Part shown: positions 51,529 through 60,049 of the stretch, one piece after another
Layout of the letters: every line of letters starts with the position of its first letter
How positions within the stretch are numbered: the first letter of the stretch is position 1
Source: a plasmid
Sequence record: NZ_CP041047.1
DNA length: 64,000 bases
Strand: one strand, 5' to 3'
Made by a program: the position numbers and the translations under genes
Notes under the pieces: model-generated
Told to the model about the DNA's origin: nothing
Databases searched by the model: none
The model's input: the letters and a program-made list of their open reading frames with translations, nothing else

Positions 51529-51556
51529 TAAGTCACTTAACCCCCTTAATCGCCAG
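51529..51556 (-). repeat. solitary inverted copy of the 47289-47660 repeat core (revcomp reads CTGGCGATTAAGGGGGTTAAGTGACTTA)
   Basis: 28/28 match to the terminal partial repeat at 47631-47658, in inverted orientation 3.9 kb away. Confidence 0.7.
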
Positions 51557-51588
51557 TGTATTGCCACCAGCAGTACGTGGTCTAACGC

Positions 51589-52032
51589 TTAAATATCGTA
51601 GCGACCTTCTTTGATTTGCTGGAGCTGTTCAGCCAGCACCTTCGCCAGTGGTTCGGCTTCTTCTTCATCATCAAGATTGTCGATGAGCGTCAGATTCGAC
51701 TCACCCGCACGGCGGGCATAAACCCCATACGCTCGCTGGCCGGAGATATCGGTGACCGAAGTCTGAGAGTGATCGCAGATGATATTGCCGTGACGGTCTA
51801 CCGGCCCGAAGCTGATGGCTTCATAATCCGCATCGTGGCCCAATGGTAAATCGCGCAAAACAAACAGGCGTAATGGGAGAACGTCGTACTCAGCACCACA
51901 TTTTGCTGCCACATCCAGATCGTTAATTTCACGGAGAAAATCTTTCGCTACCACCGAGTCAGAATGCATCCGGTAAATGGTCGATGCGGCCCAGATTGCA
52001 CCAGCATAAAATTGTGATTCTTCTTTTGTCAT
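51589..52032 (-). CDS. hypothetical protein (147 aa)
   Basis: last gene of the LRR operon. Confidence 0.4.
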   Translation of the reverse strand: MTKEESQFYAGAIWAASTIYRMHSDSVVAKDFLREINDLDVAAKCGAEYDVLPLRLFVLRDLPLGHDADYEAISFGPVDRHGNIICDHSQTSVTDISGQRAYGVYARRAGESNLTLIDNLDDEEEAEPLAKVLAEQLQQIKEGRYDI

Positions 52033-52091
52033 TTAGCACCTGCTCTTATTGTCATGGGTATGCCGGTCGAACGGTATCCCCGTGCAGACCG

Positions 52092-52463
52092 TCAGTAAAC
52101 GGTTATTTCCTTTGCGCAGCAGTCGCATTGGTATTCGTTGATACCACCAGTTGCGACCCAGTTTATTGCGCCGCAGCGGCAACTCAACAGCTGGCGCATA
52201 CCAGGAGCAAGTGCCCGCTCTGAAAACGACTCAACCGGGACTTCGCCCGGGTAGTAGTAACCTTTTATCAGCTTGCTGCGTGAATGCCCGTCAGTGTCGG
52301 TGTAATGCAGATACACCTTCCGGGTATAAATCATACCCGAGTCAGTGCCGAACTGCGTTTTCAGAAGCATACATATCCTCCAGACGCTGAATACATTGTT
52401 GTGCGGCCTTATCAAGTAGTTCAGCCGTGGGTTCATCATAGATGCCACGTACCAGCAGACCAA
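52092..52463 (-). CDS. Cys-rich (zinc-ribbon-like) protein (123 aa by ORF track; may start at internal Met MLLKTQ, 52367)
   Basis: C-terminal CRCG...QCDCC pattern; overlaps the 3' end of the LRR gene. Confidence 0.4.
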   Translation of the reverse strand: MVCWYVASMMNPRLNYLIRPHNNVFSVWRICMLLKTQFGTDSGMIYTRKVYLHYTDTDGHSRSKLIKGYYYPGEVPVESFSERALAPGMRQLLSCRCGAINWVATGGINEYQCDCCAKEITVY

Positions 52464-53184
52464 ATATTTCCGGGTCTACAGACAAATCGTACATGCATAC
52501 GCGAACGCCAAGCGCTGTACGTAGCGCATAGACATGGCGGTTAGGCTTTCCGCCGATACCGGTGACTGACGCGACATTTTCAAAATTACCAGGGTTAACC
52601 AGGTTAATCACGGGGCACGATATACACTCAGGGATCCGCTTCAGAGCCACAGCATCCAGATACAGGCTGTGGCCCACTTTCAGGTTTTTTGGCAACGCTT
52701 GCAACGGCATGGCTTCGAGGGCCAGATTTTCTTCAAGATGCAGGTTATCCGGCAAAGTGGTAATACGGGTGTTTGACAGCATCATACTGCCAGCTACTTT
52801 CAGCGTATCCGGCAGATAGGCGATATCAGTACACATGATGTCCAGAACGCGGCCCACCGTCAGATTTTCCGGCAGATACTTAAGACGTGAAGAATTCGCC
52901 ATGAGCGTACCGGTAATGGTCAGGTTGTCAGGGAGAGATTCCAGCTCAGAGTAGCTGATAAACAGATTGCGGGCCACCAGCCCGGCAGGGATGCTATGAA
53001 TGCCCGACAGAATGGTCAGGGTGTTCGTCACGGTCAGATTCGCGGGAATATAGTCGCAGGGAATTGCCGGATCTTCTGGCTCAAGCGTAAACCCGACACG
53101 AAGATCGCCTTCAACGATGATTCGTCCGTCCTGAAGGGTAAAGGCCACACCATTCGCTGCCAGTTTATCAATGAAGTCTGTCAT
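52342..53184 (-). CDS. leucine-rich-repeat protein (280 aa)
   Basis: at least 7 tandem ~21-aa repeats of the form LP(D/E)NLT(V/I)xGxLxLxxxxIxx (LPDNLTITGTLMANSSRLKY / LPENLTVGRVLDIMCTDIAY / LPDTLKVAGSMMLSNTRITT / LPDNLHLEENLALEAMPLQA / LPKNLKVGHSLYLDAVALKR). Confidence 0.6.
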   Translation of the reverse strand: MTDFIDKLAANGVAFTLQDGRIIVEGDLRVGFTLEPEDPAIPCDYIPANLTVTNTLTILSGIHSIPAGLVARNLFISYSELESLPDNLTITGTLMANSSRLKYLPENLTVGRVLDIMCTDIAYLPDTLKVAGSMMLSNTRITTLPDNLHLEENLALEAMPLQALPKNLKVGHSLYLDAVALKRIPECISCPVINLVNPGNFENVASVTGIGGKPNRHVYALRTALGVRVCMYDLSVDPEIFGLLVRGIYDEPTAELLDKAAQQCIQRLEDMYASENAVRH

Positions 53185-53225
53185 ATCGGTTTCCTTTTAA
53201 TGGCCCGACGAGCCGGGCCGGAGGT

Positions 53226-53543
53226 TCAGAGTTTGCTGACAAAGTTCTGCTGCGTGAACAGGTACATATCGCCCTGCTCATTGAACATGCACAGATTTTC
53301 GAGGATGCGCTTTTCAATCCAGACGACCGGCTTTTCACGCATATCCTTCGCGAGCGAAAAGGTGTTTCGCAGCCGGGTAATGCGGTGCTGATCATTGATT
53401 GCCTGGTGAATTGCGGCCTTTGACGCTGCCGCCTGCTTTTTTACGTTGTTGCGGGCACACCATAATTCGCCACTAGCGGCTGATGCCCGCGCTGCTGGCT
53501 GACGTGAGGAGTCCAGTTGGTCATAACGTAAGAGATTCGGCAT
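53226..53543 (-). CDS. hypothetical protein (105 aa from MPNLLRYDQ; ORF track start 53558), first gene of the LRR operon
   Basis: conserved motif 57 bp upstream of 53543. Confidence 0.4.
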   Translation of the reverse strand: MPNLLRYDQLDSSRQPAARASAASGELWCARNNVKKQAAASKAAIHQAINDQHRITRLRNTFSLAKDMREKPVVWIEKRILENLCMFNEQGDMYLFTQQNFVSKL

Positions 53544-53599
53544 GATGCCCCCTGTCATAGTTTTGTCGTTATTGACCTATTATCTGGCAGGTGGGGCTG

Positions 53600-53608
53600 G
53601 TGACGAAG
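53600..53608 (+). promoter_or_regulatory. conserved motif GTGACGAAG (copy 11)
   Basis: 57 bp upstream of the 53543 start. Confidence 0.4.
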
Positions 53609-53691
53609 GGCGCTGAGGTTGTCTGATGGTTAAAAGATTGCCGTTAGTGTTCCATATGGTATAATTGAATTACCAAATGGGAGGGCTAGTT

Positions 53692-54138
53692 ATGACGATG
53701 AAAGTTTTTTCTCCAGACGTTACCAAAACGAATCAGCACTGCTTATGGCAGGTTGCTGGGCTGGATAATGACGGTATCGCGCTGATGGATAAAATCAATC
53801 ACGGTCTCGATGGCACAGTAGCTAAGCACATTTCTGAATGGGCTAACATCACGCCGTCTGAGCTGCGCAAAATGTCGGGTATACCTAATACGACGTTTAA
53901 TCGTAGCATCAAAGACCGTTTCACTGCCGATCAGAGCGAACGTCTGGTGCGCATTATCCGCGTAATTGAACGCGCTGTAGAGCTGTTTGAAGGTGACAAA
54001 GAAGCGGCGCACAAATGGCTGAACGAAGCGAACCGTGGTCTGAGCTGGAAATCACCGGCAGAGCTTGTTTCTTCTGAGACAGGTGCGCTTGAAGTGATGC
54101 GCCTGATTACGCGTATTGAGCACGGGGTATACTCGTGA
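53692..54138 (+). CDS. Xre-family antitoxin with DUF2384-like C-terminal domain (148 aa; start at ATG after RBS GGAGGG; ORF track 53665)
   Basis: C-terminal KWLNEANRGLSWKSPAELVSSETGALEVMRLITRIEHGVY is typical of Res-Xre/ParS-type antitoxins; 4-bp overlap with the downstream RES gene. Confidence 0.7.
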   Translation: MTMKVFSPDVTKTNQHCLWQVAGLDNDGIALMDKINHGLDGTVAKHISEWANITPSELRKMSGIPNTTFNRSIKDRFTADQSERLVRIIRVIERAVELFEGDKEAAHKWLNEANRGLSWKSPAELVSSETGALEVMRLITRIEHGVYS

Positions 54139-54593
54139 TCCTTTACCGACTGACCAAGACCCGTTATCTGATGACTGCGTGGTCTGGTCTGGGTGCGAAA
54201 GAAGCGGGGGGCCGCTGGAACAGCGTAGGCACTGCAATGGTCTACCTGTCTGAAACGGCCAGCCTTACCATGCTTGAAACGCTGGTACACATTCACGCGC
54301 CGCAGTTACTGGACGACTTTACACTGCTGAGTCTTGATGTACCGGATGATCAGATCCAGACCTTCGACATGAGCCGTCTCCCTGATAACTGGGCGAGTGA
54401 GGATGCTCCTGCTGAGCTGGCGCTCTACGGTGATAACTGGGCTGAAAGCGGTTCTTCTATCGCGCTGCGTATTCCAAGTGCGTTGTCTCCGGTTGAATTT
54501 AACTACTTGCTGAATCCGGCACACCCTGAACTCTTTGACCTGATGGCTACGGTTAAGAAAATTCCGTTCCGGTTTGATTCCCGCCTGAAATAA
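54135..54593 (+). CDS. RES-domain toxin (152 aa)
   Basis: RES-domain residues: R in LYRLTKTRY, GGRWNSVGTAMVYLSETASLTMLETLVH; gene organisation ATGA-coupled to the xre antitoxin. Confidence 0.7.
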   Translation: MILYRLTKTRYLMTAWSGLGAKEAGGRWNSVGTAMVYLSETASLTMLETLVHIHAPQLLDDFTLLSLDVPDDQIQTFDMSRLPDNWASEDAPAELALYGDNWAESGSSIALRIPSALSPVEFNYLLNPAHPELFDLMATVKKIPFRFDSRLK

Positions 54594-54627
54594 CACACAG
54601 GCAACTCCCCGGCATTGACGAACTGAG

Positions 54628-54867
54628 GTGTCTCTGATGATTCAGAAAGCGAAAGTCGCTAAAGCGTTTATCTCTGTAATTGCCTTGTTCGCCTTTGTCT
54701 ACTGGGGACTTGATCCCGATTCAATTTGTCAGGCAGTTGGTGACGCATCTCAAACCTGCGGTTACTCCGGCAAGAATGGCGATGCGAGTCTGGTTGGTTC
54801 CGTGTTTGCTCTGATGCTGACGGTGTTGGCGGGTGCGATGCTTTGGGCGTGGGTCAGGAAAGGCTAA
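54628..54867 (+). CDS. small membrane protein (79 aa, two TM segments)
   Basis: hydrophobic stretches VIALFAFVYWGL and VGSVFALMLTVLAGAMLWAWV. Confidence 0.4.
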   Translation: MSLMIQKAKVAKAFISVIALFAFVYWGLDPDSICQAVGDASQTCGYSGKNGDASLVGSVFALMLTVLAGAMLWAWVRKG

Positions 54868-54934
54868 TCAGAACTCTTGCAACTCCCTCCGTGATGCCGG
54901 GTGACGCTCCTCACTGAGCGCCACCAGTCAGTCA

Positions 54935-55207
54935 TTACAAACGGGTTGATGATTCAATCGCGGGCGGAAGGCTACTATTCAGCGCGTCGAACCCGCCAAA
55001 TGCCCGGCCCTCTTTTGTCAGCACCAGATGCATCGGCGTTTCGTTGATATTACGGGCGATGTAATCGTTGATGAATGCCCGCGCCTGATCGGCATTTTTA
55101 ACCTCTGCTGTTTCCGGCATGGAGTTATGGGAACGATTAAAGACGACAGAGACATAATTCCCTTCAATTCTTACCGGGCGAGTCGATACGGTGAGTTTCA
55201 TGGTCAT
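54935..55207 (-). CDS. hypothetical protein (90 aa)
   Basis: ORF track. Confidence 0.4.
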   Translation of the reverse strand: MTMKLTVSTRPVRIEGNYVSVVFNRSHNSMPETAEVKNADQARAFINDYIARNINETPMHLVLTKEGRAFGGFDALNSSLPPAIESSTRL

Positions 55208-55250
55208 TTTCCTGTAGTGAGTGTTGTGTGTATTGGTGTTCTGCCACTAT

Positions 55251-55805
55251 CTACTGCAACGTTGCGGCCACAGGGCGAAGAATTGCTATCGCCTTTGATA
55301 ACGCCTGCCGCTCACCACCATCAAGGATTCTGACTGCTTCTACGCAAGCCGCTTCTGCTGTATCAGCACGTTCTACCAACGTCCTGACGGTATTTTCATA
55401 TGATCCGCAATCAGGCTCCTGATTGCTGTCTTCGCTCAGCGTGTTCCATGACTCAGTGAGGTTAACTGCAACAGCGACCAATTGGTCAGTGCTGATATCA
55501 CCTTTTACGCAACGGCAGGCCACTTCAGCGCCCAGACGTTCAGCAATGTCGTAGTACCAGACTCCCGGTTCTTCAGATGCCTGATACGCAGGTTCGCAGG
55601 CTTTACAGATCTGCTCTGCGGCATCCAACATCCAGTGAGCACATTCAATTTCGCCACCAGCCAGCGTTTCACAGATCATTGTCTGTACGCTGTCACAGTT
55701 GAAGGTGAGGGGGATAGGATTAGCCACTGATAATGCGGTCAGACGGGAGACTTCATGCTGGAAGCCCTGAAACATGAACATGGCGCAGATAGCTGGATTT
55801 AACAT
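55251..55805 (-). CDS. hypothetical Cys-rich protein (184 aa)
   Basis: ORF track; conserved motif 69 bp upstream. Confidence 0.4.
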   Translation of the reverse strand: MLNPAICAMFMFQGFQHEVSRLTALSVANPIPLTFNCDSVQTMICETLAGGEIECAHWMLDAAEQICKACEPAYQASEEPGVWYYDIAERLGAEVACRCVKGDISTDQLVAVAVNLTESWNTLSEDSNQEPDCGSYENTVRTLVERADTAEAACVEAVRILDGGERQALSKAIAILRPVAATLQ

Positions 55806-55873
55806 GGTAGACCCCTGTAGTTATGTGTGTTGTTCGTTTTGTTTACATAACCAGTTAACCACGCTCCCCGCAG

Positions 55874-55882
55874 GTGACGAAG
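55874..55882 (+). promoter_or_regulatory. conserved motif GTGACGAAG (copy 12)
   Basis: 69 bp upstream of the 55805 start. Confidence 0.4.
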
Positions 55883-55963
55883 GCTTTCGGGGCAGAAAAT
55901 TCACAAAAAAAACCGACCATTAAGGCCGGTTATGATCTGGAGTATATGGGGCTGAAAACCGCG

Positions 55964-56305
55964 TTATGCCTTCACTTTCGCCATAAACAGCTGCATGGTT
56001 TCTTCAGCAAGCGGAGTGCCAACCTGCTCAAGAACATACTCCGCGACATGCGGGGTGAGAATGAAGTCGATAAACTCCGGCAAGGACATGCTGTTCAGGC
56101 TCGGTAGCTGTCTGGACAGTGCATTCTGGTAATTTTCCACTTCACCCAGTTTGCGCTCGGGCCAGCCCACCAGCTCAGGGTGCTTTTCCTTAAGTGCGAG
56201 GCCGCGCTCCGGGAAACTGTTACTGATGGGGTGTCTGGCGAGGGTGGGGATCAGGAGATTCGCCAGAAAATCCACTTTCTCGTAATCAAGACAGACAGAA
56301 TTCAT
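55964..56305 (-). CDS. hypothetical protein (113 aa)
   Basis: ORF track. Confidence 0.4.
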   Translation of the reverse strand: MNSVCLDYEKVDFLANLLIPTLARHPISNSFPERGLALKEKHPELVGWPERKLGEVENYQNALSRQLPSLNSMSLPEFIDFILTPHVAEYVLEQVGTPLAEETMQLFMAKVKA

Positions 56306-56423
56306 ATAGGTTTACCTCTTGCCACTGGCTATGATGTTCGCTTGCTATCTGGAAAACTCTACCAAAGCGGCTGGCGATATCTCATTGAAAACGCCAGCAG
56401 AATGCGGTCATTTCCAGCAGGAG

Positions 56424-56867
56424 TTACCCCATCTGATAACTGTCATAAGATGCCCCGCAGGCTTCCACCAGCGCATCCAGATCACCGGTAAACTCTCTGG
56501 CCCGCTTCATCAATGCACGGTGTAATTCCGCTGGTGGAATGTCATCGCTACTCTTCGCCGGGTATTCAACACTGAACGCGATGGTAAACGCATGGCTATA
56601 CCACGGCCCGGCATTCTGGTTTTCAAAGCGGGCCATCAGCTGGCTTTCGGTTGTATCGGTAGCAAATGTATCGAGGTGGACGACATCGACCGGCACGTTG
56701 AGTGCCCCGGCAGTGGTTGATGCCAGCTGCCGGGCTTCGTCTCCTCGCTCTGGTGGTGCGCAGTAGAGACATTTCCCGTTCAGTACCACCAGCGTCTGAC
56801 CGTAGGTCGTACTGACGATACTCACGGTGTTAGCCGGTTGCGGGTGTGTGGTTGCAGTGTGCTGCAT
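56424..56867 (-). CDS. hypothetical protein (147 aa from MQHTATTHP with RBS GGAGAA; ORF track start 56891)
   Basis: conserved motif 55 bp upstream of 56867. Confidence 0.4.
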   Translation of the reverse strand: MQHTATTHPQPANTVSIVSTTYGQTLVVLNGKCLYCAPPERGDEARQLASTTAGALNVPVDVVHLDTFATDTTESQLMARFENQNAGPWYSHAFTIAFSVEYPAKSSDDIPPAELHRALMKRAREFTGDLDALVEACGASYDSYQMG

Positions 56868-56921
56868 GGTGTTCTCCATTAGGTCACTCACATGGCAACC
56901 AGCTTACCCGGCACAATTCAG

Positions 56922-56930
56922 CTGACGAAA
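56922..56930 (+). promoter_or_regulatory. conserved motif CTGACGAAA (copy 13)
   Basis: 55 bp upstream of the 56867 start. Confidence 0.35.
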
Positions 56931-57104
56931 TCAGGACGGACTGGTGTATATCGTTCGCAAAATAAAGATATTTTTTATCATCAGCACCGGTAGTTACGGG
57001 GCAAATTGCAGGTATCCGGTACAATGGTGATATGAAGGGCATTACATGCAGAATCGTGTGGCCCGGCAGACGGATACCGAATATCAGCAGAAGGAACCAG
57101 GACA

Positions 57105-57443
57105 ATGCAGGAACTCGACTTTGACCATATCCAGATAAACCTGAACCCGCGAGCGTGTGCTGTCACACCTATCCCGGAAGACCTGAAAAGGGAGCTGGCT
57201 TATCTGGGCGCTATCGCAGAGAGAAAGAAATTCGCGGCAAGCCTGATTGTTAATCTCTACAACCCGGACGTTTGCGGGGCGAATATGTACAAACTCACGG
57301 CCTATTGCCGTAACGAGTCATGCGATACCCTTCGCGATGGCATGATGACCCTGATACAGCTTTGTGCATACATGGAGTCACATGAGATCTATGGCGAGAC
57401 GTTTGTCAAAAAGCTGATTAAACAATGGGAGTTTCGTAAGTAG
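57105..57443 (+). CDS. hypothetical protein (112 aa)
   Basis: ORF track; one of the few plus-strand genes in this region. Confidence 0.4.
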   Translation: MQELDFDHIQINLNPRACAVTPIPEDLKRELAYLGAIAERKKFAASLIVNLYNPDVCGANMYKLTAYCRNESCDTLRDGMMTLIQLCAYMESHEIYGETFVKKLIKQWEFRK

Positions 57444-57805
57444 TCTGCTGCTTCAAAATACCTTTCTGACAGGGCGCTATGTGCGCCCTTTTATTTTAAA
57501 AAAACGGGAAGGTCTTGCCCGGGTATTACCTGCTATTTTCAACTACCAAACCACAACGGCAGAAGAAAATTGACCAGTCGAAGCAATTCGACCAGGAGTT
57601 CGACATACAGGAAATGGAAGTCTTTCATAACAGTCTCTTCATATAATTGGCTCGACAAAATCGTTGCATCACGACGATCGCAGGTGTGAGGTTTGTTTTC
57701 TTCGTGGGGGTTGTCAGCTATCACGACATTGAGGCAGGCAAGCGCAGGTGTCACAGTTTCGGGTATATTTTATGCTGGTGGGGTGACCACCAGCTGCGGG
57801 TATAG

Positions 57806-58186
57806 TTACTTAATGGTTTTCAGGAGGGTGAACTTGGTTTTGCACCGGGTGCATTGCGCTTTCAGAGACCCGGAGCGCACCTGTTTCAGTTTCCCGGCGC
57901 ACTGGGTACAGGCTACGTCCTTCACACGTTGTGCCATTCGCTCATCCACAGCGAGTGTTTTGGTCGGGTTATGCTTACGCTTGGGAGCCTTCAAAAGCCC
58001 CAGCGCCCGCAACGTGGCTTTGTACTCCCGGGTGATCCATTGACCGTCGCGCTCATAGTGCAGGCCATCCCCCATCATATCGCCAAGCTGTATCAGCCGC
58101 TGATGCAGCACTTTTTCTTCTTCAGGACTCATATACCGTGCTCTCTTTAAATTATTGAGACGGAACCGAGCCGATTGATACCTCAT
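57806..58186 (-). CDS. small protein with C-terminal zinc-ribbon (CTQC...CTRC), 126 aa by ORF track (possible start MSPEEEKV at 58132)
   Basis: Cys pairs CTQCAGK...QCTRCKTKF. Confidence 0.4.
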   Translation of the reverse strand: MRYQSARFRLNNLKRARYMSPEEEKVLHQRLIQLGDMMGDGLHYERDGQWITREYKATLRALGLLKAPKRKHNPTKTLAVDERMAQRVKDVACTQCAGKLKQVRSGSLKAQCTRCKTKFTLLKTIK

Positions 58187-58215
58187 ATGAGGCCACCAGC
58201 GTCTTTACTGGCGTT

Positions 58216-58614
58216 TCAACGAAGCTGACGCTCTGCTGAGTAGAGTCGAATGAGAATCGCGTCCAGCGCCCCACAGAGCGCGATCCTGAAGCTTTCGCTA
58301 TGACCGTCCCGTTCGCGCATCTCCAGAAGGGCATCCAGCTCGTTATCGTCAATCGGCAGTGGCCCGGAACAGAAGGTTTTCACCATGTCAGAGGTGTCAG
58401 GGTTTATACCTGCAATGCGCAGGATATCGGGAACCTCAGACCGGTAGATCACCGGTCGGCCTGATGGCGGTGTCCACGTTATCGGCTCTATCTTCAGTTG
58501 CGGTAAGCCAGCACCGGCGAGGGCGTTATTCAGATCGTCTATAAGCACGACATCCGCTCCTGAAGGAGGATGTACGCCGAGGGCCGCAGGGATTTCGACA
58601 GAGATATTGTGCAT
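58216..58614 (-). CDS. hypothetical protein (about 132 aa from MHNISVEIP; ORF track extends to 58722)
   Basis: the internal start avoids overlap with the upstream glutaredoxin-like gene. Confidence 0.35.
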   Translation of the reverse strand: MHNISVEIPAALGVHPPSGADVVLIDDLNNALAGAGLPQLKIEPITWTPPSGRPVIYRSEVPDILRIAGINPDTSDMVKTFCSGPLPIDDNELDALLEMRERDGHSESFRIALCGALDAILIRLYSAERQLR

Positions 58615-58624
58615 GGCGTTTACC

Positions 58625-58912
58625 TCAGTGAAGGACGTGATTAACCAGCGACGGGGGGATATCGAGTGACCCGACACTCCAGCCATTGGCAGTTGTCGCA
58701 ATAAGATCTGGCCGGAACCCACCCCAACCCGTCACACGGCCCGAATCGTTGACCACCACCACCAGCGGCGCACCGGTATTTTGTGTCAGGCGAACGAGAT
58801 CTGCGTTGTCCACCAGCGGGATCTCATTCACGTCCACCCCAGCCAGAGAAAAGCGGGTAAGCGTCATGCGACATTTCGGACAATCAGGGGCAGTAAACAC
58901 AGTAATTTTCAT
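58625..58912 (-). CDS. glutaredoxin/NrdH-like thioredoxin-fold protein (95 aa from MKITVFTAPDCPKC)
   Basis: CPKC redox motif immediately after a beta-strand start, typical of NrdH/glutaredoxin; conserved motif 52 bp upstream. Confidence 0.55.
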   Translation of the reverse strand: MKITVFTAPDCPKCRMTLTRFSLAGVDVNEIPLVDNADLVRLTQNTGAPLVVVVNDSGRVTGWGGFRPDLIATTANGWSVGSLDIPPSLVNHVLH

Positions 58913-58963
58913 TGGGATAGCCTGGTGTATACGGGATATATTCATTATCCCAGCTTTCCGCTT

Positions 58964-58972
58964 CTGACGAAG
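58964..58972 (+). promoter_or_regulatory. conserved motif CTGACGAAG (copy 14)
   Basis: 52 bp upstream of the 58912 start. Confidence 0.4.
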
Positions 58973-59052
58973 CGTTGCGCGGGTAATCAGAGCGTAAGCA
59001 GGTAAGATATTGTTGGGGCCATCCTGCAACATCAGTTGCGCCAGTTGCCTGG

Positions 59053-59171
59053 CTATTCGTCGCTCTCTCCATTAGAGAAAATAAACCAAATAAGCAGAAC
59101 GCCTCCGACCCACATTCCAACAAAGAGGCAAATACCGATCAGGTCATAGACGTATTGTGGGATTTCATTCA
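59053..59171 (-). CDS. possible small hydrophobic peptide (38 aa; MNEIPQYVYDLIGICLFVGMWVGGVLLIWFIFSNGESDE)
   Basis: not in the ORF track (under 60 aa); a single TM helix followed by an acidic tail; weak. Confidence 0.25.
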
Positions 59172-59213
59172 TAACGCATCCTCATTAATAATTTGTATTC
59201 AGCCTTAAACCGG

Positions 59214-59684
59214 TCATTTCATTAACCGAATCCGGTCTATCAAAGCGCTACCCTGCGTTGCATTCAGCCCCTCGTGCCGGTGAGTCAGGAACAGGGCAGG
59301 GCAGTCAGTTGGAAAGAGTCGAGCGGTATCGTCCACGAAGGTGTAATGCTGTAGGCCGAACCGTTTAACGACCGCCATGCATTCGTGATAACGCACGTGG
59401 TTATTCACCAGCCCATCCAGATCGGGATTGAGTCCAGCAATCCGATCGCGTATACCCGCAGGGAAATGACTCAGCACCATCTCCCGGGGTACGCCGGTAC
59501 GCCAGTTTGTGGAAAGGATAATTCCCGTCTGCGGGCATTGCGTCAGCACGTGATCCAGCACAGGCATAAACTCCAGTGACCCGTTTTCCGCCCGGTGGAG
59601 TACACCGTCGATGTCCAGGAAAATCCAGTGACGACGGGCATCTATTTCCAGCCAGAACTCGCCCGCAGAGCGCCGGGTCGACAT
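59214..59684 (-). CDS. HAD-superfamily hydrolase-like protein (about 156 aa from MSTRRSAGEF; ORF track start 59828)
   Basis: HAD motif I FLDIDGVL near the N-terminus of the shorter form. Confidence 0.5.
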   Translation of the reverse strand: MSTRRSAGEFWLEIDARRHWIFLDIDGVLHRAENGSLEFMPVLDHVLTQCPQTGIILSTNWRTGVPREMVLSHFPAGIRDRIAGLNPDLDGLVNNHVRYHECMAVVKRFGLQHYTFVDDTARLFPTDCPALFLTHRHEGLNATQGSALIDRIRLMK

Positions 59685-60049
59685 ACAATCTATATCGTCC
59701 TGACAGGTAAACCTGACTAACCACTTCTGTAATAATCGGAACATAGAGGCCTCTCGCGGTAGTTGACTATATGCAGAACCGGCAACCATCAAAATCATAC
59801 GGATTCTGTTGCCATGAAATACGGCCACACCCGGGGCAATTCCAGCGAGTCAGCCCCTTTGACTGTCGGCGATTTTGGCGTTTCAGCCAGGCAGGCATCA
59901 GCAGACCGGCCCCCTGCGTCATTTTACGGCGGTCTACCAACGGTGTCACGCAAGCTGACCAGATAAAAACGGTCTTTCATGAAACACTCCAGAGGATGAT
60001 GGCAGGAAAATAGCCCGGCGCGGCGGATACCGACACCGGGGAGGAGGGG

